DNA from: Bdellovibrionales bacterium
GTDB taxonomy: Bacteria; Bdellovibrionota; Bdellovibrionia; Bdellovibrionales; UBA1609
Direction: 5' to 3'
Assembly (NCBI GenBank): GCA_965199825.1
Contig: OZ241329.1
Coordinates: 2,496,001 to 2,560,000 of the forward strand
Length of the DNA stretch: 64,000 bases
Shown one piece after another: positions 30,044 through 39,000 of this stretch (positions are counted from its first letter, which is position 1; every line of letters starts with the position of its first letter). A model generated the notes under the pieces. That model was not told where the DNA came from and did no database searches. It was given only the letters and a program-made list of their open reading frames with translations. The translations under genes were made by a program, and so were the position numbers.

Positions 30044-30697
30044 TTACCTTAGTGTGAGGGCGCGAGCGCAGGGCGAAGCAGGAGGCTGAGGCAAGTAGCA
30101 GTGCTTCGATTTTGCTACGTCATTTCGGGTCATTAAAGAGGAAAGTTGGCCCACAAAAATACCCACAACCTCACCTTGAGAGTTAAGGGTTGGAGCGCCA
30201 CTCATTCCTGGAATTGCCCATGCATCTGTGAGAAATCGTTCGATTCCATTTTGCGAGACAACCCCTGGAAAGACCTTAAACTTTTCAAGCTCGGGCTCAA
30301 CACTCGCCAAAAAAATTGTGTCGCCCACTTCGGGTTGATTTGATGAAATTTTAAGCCAACTTGAGGGTCGAAAATTAAACTTCAAAAAGATGTAATCTTG
30401 CGCCCATCCATTGTGATGTTTTCGTTGTGGAGAAACAAATTCGACGCTGGCGTTGCTGACTAATAAAGTTTCATTTGTGTAAGGGTTACGAAGAAAAGTA
30501 TTGGGCAAAAAACGAATCAGCTGATGGGTTTTGATTCCTTTTCGGATATTGAGTTTTTCAAATTCACCGCTTTGCGCAAGAATTCCCTCAAGCACATGAA
30601 GATTTGTGACGAAGTCCCCGGCTTCAGAAATAAAGAATCCATTTCCTTTGCCCCCGTTTCGGTCCAACTGCCAAACCGCCGGGGCTACAGACTCCAA
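30044..30697 (-). CDS. Trypsin-like (S1) serine protease, start uncertain
   Basis: GNGFFI, VTNLHV (His), QDY (Asp), PGMSGAP (Ser). An in-frame signal-like stretch upstream lacks an ATG. Confidence 0.8.
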   Translation of the reverse strand: MESVAPAVWQLDRNGGKGNGFFISEAGDFVTNLHVLEGILAQSGEFEKLNIRKGIKTHQLIRFLPNTFLRNPYTNETLLVSNASVEFVSPQRKHHNGWAQDYIFLKFNFRPSSWLKISSNQPEVGDTIFLASVEPELEKFKVFPGVVSQNGIERFLTDAWAIPGMSGAPTLNSQGEVVGIFVGQLSSLMTRNDVAKSKHCYLPQPPASPCARALTLR

Positions 30698-30853
30698 AGC
30701 AATTCCGGTTCGAGCTGCGGCATCAAATCCAAAACTTGCCAGTAATATCAGACCAAATAACGAGCCCAGTCCCCACTCCTTGGAGATGTCGTGAATTCTT
30801 CACATCTTTAGGATATTTTGAAGACAGGCTCAAAACTCAACAAGGCTGGTTTG

Positions 30854-31879
30854 TTAGTACTCGAGACTGAACGACATCGATACCGGCGCGCTCGTTGCTG
30901 AGTCCTGCTGACTTAAGTGGAGGACGGCAATGGTATAGATTCCGGTGAGCACATCTGACCAAAAATGGTAAGCGATTGCGCGCTTGAGTTTTCCATGGTT
31001 GCGGTAAGTGAGGTAGCCCTCAAACAGGCCTGAAGCCAAGGCTGGAAGCCGATCATCGGTCGAATGCGAAAAGCCATAAAGGGTACTTGAAAGTGGAATA
31101 GCAAGCCAAGGGCTAACAATGGATTGCAATTCACTTTGCAAAAATCCGCGATAAAACATTTCTTCTGGAGCCGCACTTCCTACCGGAAATACCCCGAGAT
31201 AGGTCGAGCCAAATAAGATTTTTGAGGTGGTGTTGAGCTTCGGAATCGCTGGATAACTGTGATCACTTTTTAGACTTTCGTAGGAGTAAAAAAGTGCCGC
31301 CCCCGTCACTCCCAGCGCGACGTAAACCCAGGGATCATAAAGGGTTGCTTTTTCAAAGGGGGATAAAAATAAATCTTTTAAAGATGCGTCATCAATATAG
31401 CGGCTACGAAGATCGATGCCTTGGTCTGTGGCCGCTTTCCGCCAAGAATCAAAAACGTTGATCATGTGGGCCTTGATCCCGATCTCTTGGAGAATATCGG
31501 CCACCAATGATCGCGATAGATCATGACTGGAGTTATCAATCACCTGCGGACTTGTTCCATGAATGGTTCGGTAGGTCGTGCAGGTGTGAGTTGTTCGGTT
31601 GTACTTGGAGCACACGGTGCGAGTGGGAGTGCCTGGCAAAACAATGGTGCTGATCTCAGGAAGATCTTCTGGAACACCATCGAGAGTCATTGGGGATTTT
31701 GCAGAGAGATTGTAGCCGAGAGCAAAGGTTGGAACCTCAAGGCCAAATTGCCCAAGAGCCACGTCTGAACGACCCCTTAAGTATTCGCCCCCACCAGGAA
31801 CAAATAAGTTAAACCATCCGACCTCGTGGTAGCTGGCCGCCTGACAAATTTGAAAAAGCAAAATCACGAGCAAAGTCAT
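30854..31879 (-). CDS. CPBP/Abi (CAAX protease-like) intramembrane glutamic protease
   Basis: PEEMFYRG, YGFSH and AYHFWSD motifs, plus a long N-terminal extension. Confidence 0.85.
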   Translation of the reverse strand: MTLLVILLFQICQAASYHEVGWFNLFVPGGGEYLRGRSDVALGQFGLEVPTFALGYNLSAKSPMTLDGVPEDLPEISTIVLPGTPTRTVCSKYNRTTHTCTTYRTIHGTSPQVIDNSSHDLSRSLVADILQEIGIKAHMINVFDSWRKAATDQGIDLRSRYIDDASLKDLFLSPFEKATLYDPWVYVALGVTGAALFYSYESLKSDHSYPAIPKLNTTSKILFGSTYLGVFPVGSAAPEEMFYRGFLQSELQSIVSPWLAIPLSSTLYGFSHSTDDRLPALASGLFEGYLTYRNHGKLKRAIAYHFWSDVLTGIYTIAVLHLSQQDSATSAPVSMSFSLEY

Positions 31880-32673
31880 AACTGCAATGACTTTAAAATC
31901 TGCTCCTTAGAGAATGCAAGTTTTTGCTCCACACATTTTTGAATCTCAGAATCATAGATTTTAAGATCCACTTTTTTTTGCGCCTCACGCGAGGGCATCA
32001 ATGGATTTTCAGATTTTATTTTTAAGGCAATATCTGTTTGAACAAGCTCTTTGATATTGCGTTCAAATAAAGATTTTGTTCCTTCAATTTTAGCGAGCCC
32101 CCAATTCGCGTTATAAAAATCGGACTCAAAATAAAGTGTGTTTTGCGAATCGAGTTCAACAAGTTTGATCAGACCTTGACTGTAAATCAGGTGAGTACTT
32201 TTTTTGAGAGAGGTGCGGTAAATTTTTGCTTTTGGTTCAGAACTGATTTTGTAATACAGCTCGTGTTGAGGTCGTGATGCAAAAATCACTGGAGCACTTT
32301 GGGTCCATGTGATCAGCCACTCAAATGGATTTTGTTTATCCGCCTCAACCCTTACCGTTTCGGCAAAAAGATCCTTGTAGGATTCAAAGTCTTCAAGCAC
32401 ATTTTGGACTGTTTTTAATTCGGCATGAATCACAAACCTTTGAATGACGCCGACCGCGTGACGATCATCGAGGTGATCAAAACAATCTAAGACTAGACCT
32501 TTACTCACCGATTGCTTGGCATCTAATTTTTTTGCGATGACTTGATAAGCTTCGTTGAGCGAGGCGCAAAAAGCGCACTCCGCCTGGACTTTGCATAGTA
32601 TAAAACTAGACAAGAACCCCAAAATCAGATGACGTGAGAACAAGCCCTTTATGTCTGATTTAAACATCGTCAA
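31876..32673 (-). CDS. Secreted START/SRPBCC-like lipid-binding domain protein
   Basis: IHAELKTVQNVLEDFESYKDLF pattern; signal peptide. Start may be TTG at 32643. Confidence 0.55.
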   Translation of the reverse strand: MTMFKSDIKGLFSRHLILGFLSSFILCKVQAECAFCASLNEAYQVIAKKLDAKQSVSKGLVLDCFDHLDDRHAVGVIQRFVIHAELKTVQNVLEDFESYKDLFAETVRVEADKQNPFEWLITWTQSAPVIFASRPQHELYYKISSEPKAKIYRTSLKKSTHLIYSQGLIKLVELDSQNTLYFESDFYNANWGLAKIEGTKSLFERNIKELVQTDIALKIKSENPLMPSREAQKKVDLKIYDSEIQKCVEQKLAFSKEQILKSLQL

Positions 32674-34240
32674 ACAATTGCAGTTGAGTGCCTTTAATTC
32701 AAGCCATTACATGTGGGTGTTGAGCGACCTAGACTTTTATAAAACCAAAAATGGATTTTTATTTGGTTATAAGAAAGTTGGCGAAACTCTTTTCATTGCA
32801 CTCGAGCCACTTCACGAAAGCGATGCGGATCTTTCTTTAGCGATTGAAGAACTCAAAATTTTTACCCAAACAAAAACGATAGCGGTCATTGGTATTTATC
32901 AAAAAATGATGAGCCAATTGTTGAGCATGGGATTTTCGGGCCTTAAATTTGGCCGTGATCCATGGATCAGTTTAGAAAGCTGCGAGCCTAAGGGCAACAA
33001 GGGTAAAGGGATACGCTCGGCACGGAACCAGGCATTAAAGGATGGGGTCACCGTTTGCGAATGGAATCTAAAAGAAACTAATCAAGATCTGGCAAAAAAA
33101 AATAAACTGGAGCACGTTCTCAATGGTTGGAAGGCCCAAAGCGTTTTACAACTTGAGGGCTTCTTGCTCACCATTGATCCATTTAAAGAACTTCCCGGTC
33201 GCAAATTGTTTGTTGCTGAAAAGAACAATACAGTTGTGGCGTTTTTATTGGCAACACCTGTCGAAAACAAGGTGAGCTATTATTTTGAGGATTTGATCTA
33301 CACGCCCTCTGCACCAAATGGCACAACCGAACTCTTAACCCTTACAGCATTTCAGACTCTAAAAGATCTCGGATTTAAAGAGGTCAGCTTAGGTGTTGTT
33401 GCTATAAATAATTTAAGTTTGATCGACAATCAAAATCGGTTTTACGATTTTTGTATGGATGCTGCAAAATTTATTGCCTCATTTTTTTATAACTCGAGCG
33501 GCATCGAACTTTATCGCAAGCGTTATCAGCCTGTCCGATGGGATGATGTCTTTGTCGCGCTTCGGAGTGAAGCCTCACCTGTGACATTGACGACATGGAT
33601 GCGGATGATGGCCTCGGCATTTTTTTTATTTCGGCCAAAAATAAAATTAAGCACAGCTCAAATTTCCACTTTTTTTTCGCGTCAGATCCATCGCAACTAT
33701 GTTATTTTTAGTTTCGGGTTTGCGACGTTTACGATGTATCTACTGCATTCACATCCGGTTGAGTTCTTGATCTGTCTGATTCTCGGTTGCTATTTAATCA
33801 CTAAGTTGCAAAAAAATGTGCGCCGCTTTGAGCTCTCATTATTTGTACTTTTGATCTTTGGAATGGACTCTCTCTTATTGGGACCCGGCAACTTAAAATC
33901 GGCGCTGGAGTTTCAAGATGCTTTTCCGGTTGTCTTGTCGTGGTTGGCGCCTGCGGTATTGACCATTAGCATTTTTGGATTTTGGATACAGCAATTGCGC
34001 ACACAAAAAGTTAAATCATTTTTATTGAGTCTGATTTTGATTGCAGCAAATTGCGGTGGGATTTTTTGGCAAACACAATCGGTGTTTTTAACTTTGTCGC
34101 CGGTACTCTTTTTTGGGCTTGGTGTGAGTGGTGGCAAACTCTTTTCGATTTACGAACGACAATTAAGTCACTACTACGCCAAGGGTTCATCACCACACAT
34201 CAGCAAGGATTCTTCAGACCACAAACAGGGTGTGGCCTAA
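32651..34240 (+). CDS. DUF2156 (MprF catalytic-like aminoacyl transferase) domain followed by C-terminal TM helices
   Basis: IALEPL, GNKGKGIRSARNQA, APNGTTELL, SLGVVA and FYNSSGIELYRKRYQP.RW; several TM segments at the C-terminus. Confidence 0.8.
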   Translation: MSDLNIVKQLQLSAFNSSHYMWVLSDLDFYKTKNGFLFGYKKVGETLFIALEPLHESDADLSLAIEELKIFTQTKTIAVIGIYQKMMSQLLSMGFSGLKFGRDPWISLESCEPKGNKGKGIRSARNQALKDGVTVCEWNLKETNQDLAKKNKLEHVLNGWKAQSVLQLEGFLLTIDPFKELPGRKLFVAEKNNTVVAFLLATPVENKVSYYFEDLIYTPSAPNGTTELLTLTAFQTLKDLGFKEVSLGVVAINNLSLIDNQNRFYDFCMDAAKFIASFFYNSSGIELYRKRYQPVRWDDVFVALRSEASPVTLTTWMRMMASAFFLFRPKIKLSTAQISTFFSRQIHRNYVIFSFGFATFTMYLLHSHPVEFLICLILGCYLITKLQKNVRRFELSLFVLLIFGMDSLLLGPGNLKSALEFQDAFPVVLSWLAPAVLTISIFGFWIQQLRTQKVKSFLLSLILIAANCGGIFWQTQSVFLTLSPVLFFGLGVSGGKLFSIYERQLSHYYAKGSSPHISKDSSDHKQGVA

Positions 34241-34247
34241 AAGAAAA

Positions 34248-34415
34248 TCACATTGGAGTAACAACAGTTTTTGGATTTTGTGGCTCAACCGGCTTACCAA
34301 TAAATTCTTCGGCCATTAAATGTTCTGGCTTGTTGTCATTTTGCCAATTTTTTTGGCTTGGTTTTGATGATTCTGGTTGAAACCATTTGGCGATGCGCTC
34401 AAAAATATTTTTCAT
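34248..34415 (-). CDS. Small 55-aa protein below the ORF-track cutoff
   Basis: MKNIFERIAKWFQPESSKP...VVTPM*; SD AGGGAG 6 nt before ATG; TATAAT upstream; fills an intergenic gap. Confidence 0.6.
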   Translation of the reverse strand: MKNIFERIAKWFQPESSKPSQKNWQNDNKPEHLMAEEFIGKPVEPQNPKTVVTPM

Positions 34416-34554
34416 TCGGAACTCCCTTTGTTTTTTTACACTTTATTAGATTGATAGCGATTATACCTAATCGTTTAATCGTAAGATAGTTTTGAGTGCG
34501 CTTTGAAATTAACCGCAACGCTTTGGTAAAATATAGTCCGCTGTTGCAGGGTCG

Positions 34555-36012
34555 CTAGTTCGATGAACAGGCCTGCTGGTCATAGAGGGCTCTGACTTGC
34601 TGGTGTGTGAGCACGACGTTAAAGATTGCGACTTCGTCTATTGTGCCTAAAAATACGGAGTTTGTATTTCCGGGCCATTCCGAAGTGCCGCCTCCAACCC
34701 GCCAGTACCCACTATAATTTTGAGCCACACCGACTGAGGTCGATTGCATCACCGGACTGCCATCAAGATAAAGAATCATACTTCCGGAGGAATAAGTGCC
34801 AACAACCTGATGCCATTTTCCATCGGAATAAGAGCCTGGGGTTGTAATCGTCGTAGTTGAACCATCATAGATTCCAAAAACAAGTTGACCACTGGACGAA
34901 AAATAAATCATGCGGTCGCGGCTGCTATTTTGAAAATTTGCTGATCCAGTTGAATCACTAAACCCGATGAGCTGGCCTCCCGAAAAAGAAGTTTTAAACC
35001 AGGCTGATAATGAAAACGCGGTGGGGTTACTGACTACAGTGGTGATCACCGCATTTGAATTAACAAGACCAAAAAACGAAACCCCATTGCCATATTTTCC
35101 GGTCGCGCCGTAAACCACCGCCTGGCCAGTTCCCGAGTTTGAGTGACCCGAAGAATCCAGAAATGGTCCCGATGATTCATCGAGATGCCAAAGACCGATC
35201 AGGTTCGCCCATTGTGGTGTGTTTGTCGAGGTCATTGCCGATCCTAAACTAAAGATGGTTGAAACATCGCTTGGTGAGAGAACCGTCGACCATATTGCGA
35301 CCTCATCTAAAATTCCGGTAAAGTAGCCATCCCCTGCACTACTGGACCAACCATTTATATTTCCGCCGCCCATTTTCCAATTTCCGTTGTAGTTTTGTGC
35401 TGCCGCTACCCCTGAGGTACGCGAAGCAACTACTGTGTTGTCGATATAAAGGATCAGACTATTGGCAGTATAGGTTCCAACAACTTGATGCCAATTGCCA
35501 TCGTTGTAAGATCCGGGGCTTGTGATCACCGCCGTTGAACCAGTGTAAATCCCAAACGAAATCTGTCCGTTGTTGAGCATGTAGATCATTCTGTCGTAGC
35601 TCGAGCCGGCCGCAAATTGGATCAGAATTCCACCGGTGATGGCAGAGGTTTTAAACCATGTTGAAATCGAAAATGTTTGGGGATCGGTAATTGTATTGGC
35701 GGTGCTGATAAAGCCGTCTGTGAGAGGTGACTGAGTAAACAGAAGTCCATTTCCAACTCTTCCTGTCGAACCTGTTGTCGCATTGGTAATGGTCGCGGCA
35801 TTGCCATTACTTGAGGTGTCGCTCAGATTTGTTGCTCCAGCCGCTTCGTTCATGGCTAAGTAACTAAACAAATTTAAATAACCTGGCGATGTGGAATTGA
35901 GATTGGTGCAGCTTCCGTATTGCGCGCTCTCGGAGCTAAAAAAATTTTCGTTAAAGCCCGCGCTGACCGACGGAAGCAAAAAGCACAAGGTACTTGTTAT
36001 TTTCCAAATCAT
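34555..36012 (-). CDS. Secreted tandem LamG (concanavalin A-like) domain protein
   Basis: Signal peptide from ATG 36012 (TGATG overlap); two domains with FSxSxWFKT, DGxWHQVVGTY and GxxDEVAI. Confidence 0.9.
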   Translation of the reverse strand: MIWKITSTLCFLLPSVSAGFNENFFSSESAQYGSCTNLNSTSPGYLNLFSYLAMNEAAGATNLSDTSSNGNAATITNATTGSTGRVGNGLLFTQSPLTDGFISTANTITDPQTFSISTWFKTSAITGGILIQFAAGSSYDRMIYMLNNGQISFGIYTGSTAVITSPGSYNDGNWHQVVGTYTANSLILYIDNTVVASRTSGVAAAQNYNGNWKMGGGNINGWSSSAGDGYFTGILDEVAIWSTVLSPSDVSTIFSLGSAMTSTNTPQWANLIGLWHLDESSGPFLDSSGHSNSGTGQAVVYGATGKYGNGVSFFGLVNSNAVITTVVSNPTAFSLSAWFKTSFSGGQLIGFSDSTGSANFQNSSRDRMIYFSSSGQLVFGIYDGSTTTITTPGSYSDGKWHQVVGTYSSGSMILYLDGSPVMQSTSVGVAQNYSGYWRVGGGTSEWPGNTNSVFLGTIDEVAIFNVVLTHQQVRALYDQQACSSN

Positions 36013-39000
36013 CAGTACCCCGTGGTCCAATTGATCAAGCAGTCGTAGGTTGATCCGTTGGAGATCGCAAGAATAGAGTAAACAGTCCAACTACTAGCTA
36101 CAGTTGGAGCATTGGCGGGCTTAAATCGCGAAGTGTTGCAATTGGTAAAGGTGTACGTGCGTGAGGTGCTATCCTTTACCACGATCGTGTAATTCCCGCC
36201 GTGAGCAAAATTGTTGAGAGTGATGGCACTTCCTCCCACTGATGCGAGCGTAAAGGTATTGCTGGTCGAAAGATCGAGCGTTGCGCCGGTGGCCACCGCA
36301 GTGGGTGTACTCACAATTGCGCCGGCCACTGTGAGTTTTGAAGCGGGTGATGTTGTGCCGATGCCGACGTTGCCTGAATTATCAATCCTCACACGCTCAG
36401 CGCCCATGGTATCCAGTTTTATATATCCAGCATTGTTGTTAATATCGAGGTAGGGCGCGTTTGTTTGAATTTGCGAAGCACCCGCCTGATAGATGCGCCA
36501 TTCGTTAAAGTAGGATGAACTGTAACTTCCTAAAGTGCTATAGGCTCCGCCGTTTGTTGAGGTGTTGGTCACACTCATAAGGACATTTCCGGCAACACTA
36601 TCTGACACCGATAATTTTCCGGTTGGACTTGTTGTGCCGATGCCGACGCTGCCATAAAAAATCGAATTTCCGTTTGTATTAAAATCGACAATTGGTCCGT
36701 TTATGCTTCCGGGTTTATCGGAATTAAATCGAAATCGTGTAACGCCATTCGCGTGTATGTTCGACATCCATGAAGTGGTACCAACATCCATCGACATCAC
36801 ATCGGAGGGGCCGGCAAACTGCCATTTCGTTCCCCAACTGTCATCCGTTACGAAATAGCTGCTTGTGTGCACAACGCCGTTTACGTCTAGAGGATATGCG
36901 GGAGATGTTGTTCCAATACCGACCAAACCACCCGATGGTTGCAATGTTAAATTTTGCCAAGCCAAGCCTTGATTTAAAGCTTCGATAAAGCCGAACCCAT
37001 TCGTAGTATCATACCCTAAGTTTAGGCGACTCGTTGAGCTGCTTGGTCCACGAATCACTATCTGCGACGTGGATCCGTTAACGGCATCATGCTCAACTGT
37101 TGATGCAACATCTAAAGTTTTGCTTGGAGCTGTAGTCCCAATTCCCACATTCCCGCTGCCATCAATACGCATTCGTTCTTGATAACTGGTTGCTCCCGTT
37201 TTTTGTCCGATCACAACAATGGGCGTATAACTAGATGAGCCTGCAACTGAGTATGCGGCGATGTAGGCTTGCTGGGTGTTTCCATTCGAGTTGTTGGGTG
37301 AGAATGAAATAAGGGCTTGGGTTCCGTCTGATGTGTTGGGATTCGACACATTCATTTGGACATAATCTGCCTCGGGCAAAGCCACCGAAGAACTTGAAGA
37401 ACTGTACACAGTGCCATGCCATGCTTGAGCGTTAAGTGTTCCGTTCGAAGCGATACCGCCAGATTGAATCGAAGTGGCGTTTAAAGTTCCATTTACATCT
37501 AAGTTAAAATTTGGGGTGGCTGTTCCGATCCCAACATTGCCGTTTGAAAAAAGAGTATTGCCTGTTCCCTTTGGTGCAAAACTTAAATTAATATTGGCGT
37601 CACTCCCTGCGGCCGACAGAGTTGGTGCGGTTGCCGCAAGAATTCCCCCGTTTGTTGCAGCACCTTTGATGGTGAGATAATCTACAGTGCTTGCTCCTCC
37701 ATCAATAATGGAAAGTTGGGTGCCGTTTCCAGATTTTAAATTTACCGCACCTGTTGTCGAAGAACTTAAATTTAAATTTTGAGCTGTCCCACCAGAGGAC
37801 AAAGTTACTGCACCTAAACCAGAAATGTTTGATCCTACATTTGTGATGTTGCCAGCGTTTGTGATTCCGCCTGAAGTCAAATTGAGGCCGCCACTTGATA
37901 TGGTGAGTGCTCCAGATAATGTTCCACCGCTGCTAGAAAGATAAGAATTCGATGCACCCGAAGTTAAAGTGGTCCACGAAGTTCCGTTATAATATTCAAC
38001 AACAGAATTAGTTGAGTTGAAGCGAATCATGCCGGCAGCAAGTGTAGTCGGTTGTTGCGCGGTCGTGCCCGCGGGGAGACTGACCGCATCGGTTTTGGAG
38101 CTGAGATCGAGGGACACTTGTGGAGACGAGGTTCCGATTCCAACATTGCCCAAAGGATCAATCCGCATACGCTCTAAATAAGTTGCAGCTCCCGTTTGCT
38201 GCCCAATCACTATTGTTGGAGTATAATTTGCTGCACCTGTGTTGGATACAAATCCAAGATATCCCCTTTGAGCAATACCTGCGCTGTTTTTAGCATAAGC
38301 GGAGTACGCCGCGATTGTGCCGTCGGTTGCTTGATTGTTTGCGGCGATAAAGGGATTCAAGCTCGGAACGGATCTCGAACCGTTTGGCGAATAGACTGTT
38401 CCTGTACTATCGACTCCAGTTATAACTGTGGTGCTAAATCCTGTCGAGACCGACAGAAAGCCGGCTTGAGACAGCGAAAGTCGAGATGCGCCGTTATACT
38501 GCAAATCGATCAAATTACCATTGTAACCAACGCCGGCATTTAAACCTAAAATTGTGCCATTGCTGTTTCCGGAAAATGAACCGGCTGTTCCGTTCCAACC
38601 TCCATTTCCCACTGAGAGCAAAGCGCTCGAAGCGCTCGCGATAGGTGCCCCCGCAATATTCAATAGTGACACAGGGCTTGTTGTTCCAATCCCGACGTTG
38701 CCGTTCGATAAGACAGTGAGTTGAGGCGATCCATTTGTAACTAAACTTAAATTATTTGTATCACTTGTGCCGAGGACGGCTGGTGCACCAAAGGAGTTTC
38801 CGCCGTTTTTAAAAATTCCTGCACCATTAAGAGTTGCGGCTCCGGTTCCCCCATTGGCCATCGGCAAAATTCCGGTAAGTCCTGAGGACAGACTTGGTAA
38901 ATCGGCACTGGCAAGACTTCGAAATGTGGGTGTTCCGCTAGTGCCGGTTGGACCCGCTAAAATGGTGTTGGCATTTTGCGAAGCAAAGTTTGTGGCGTCT

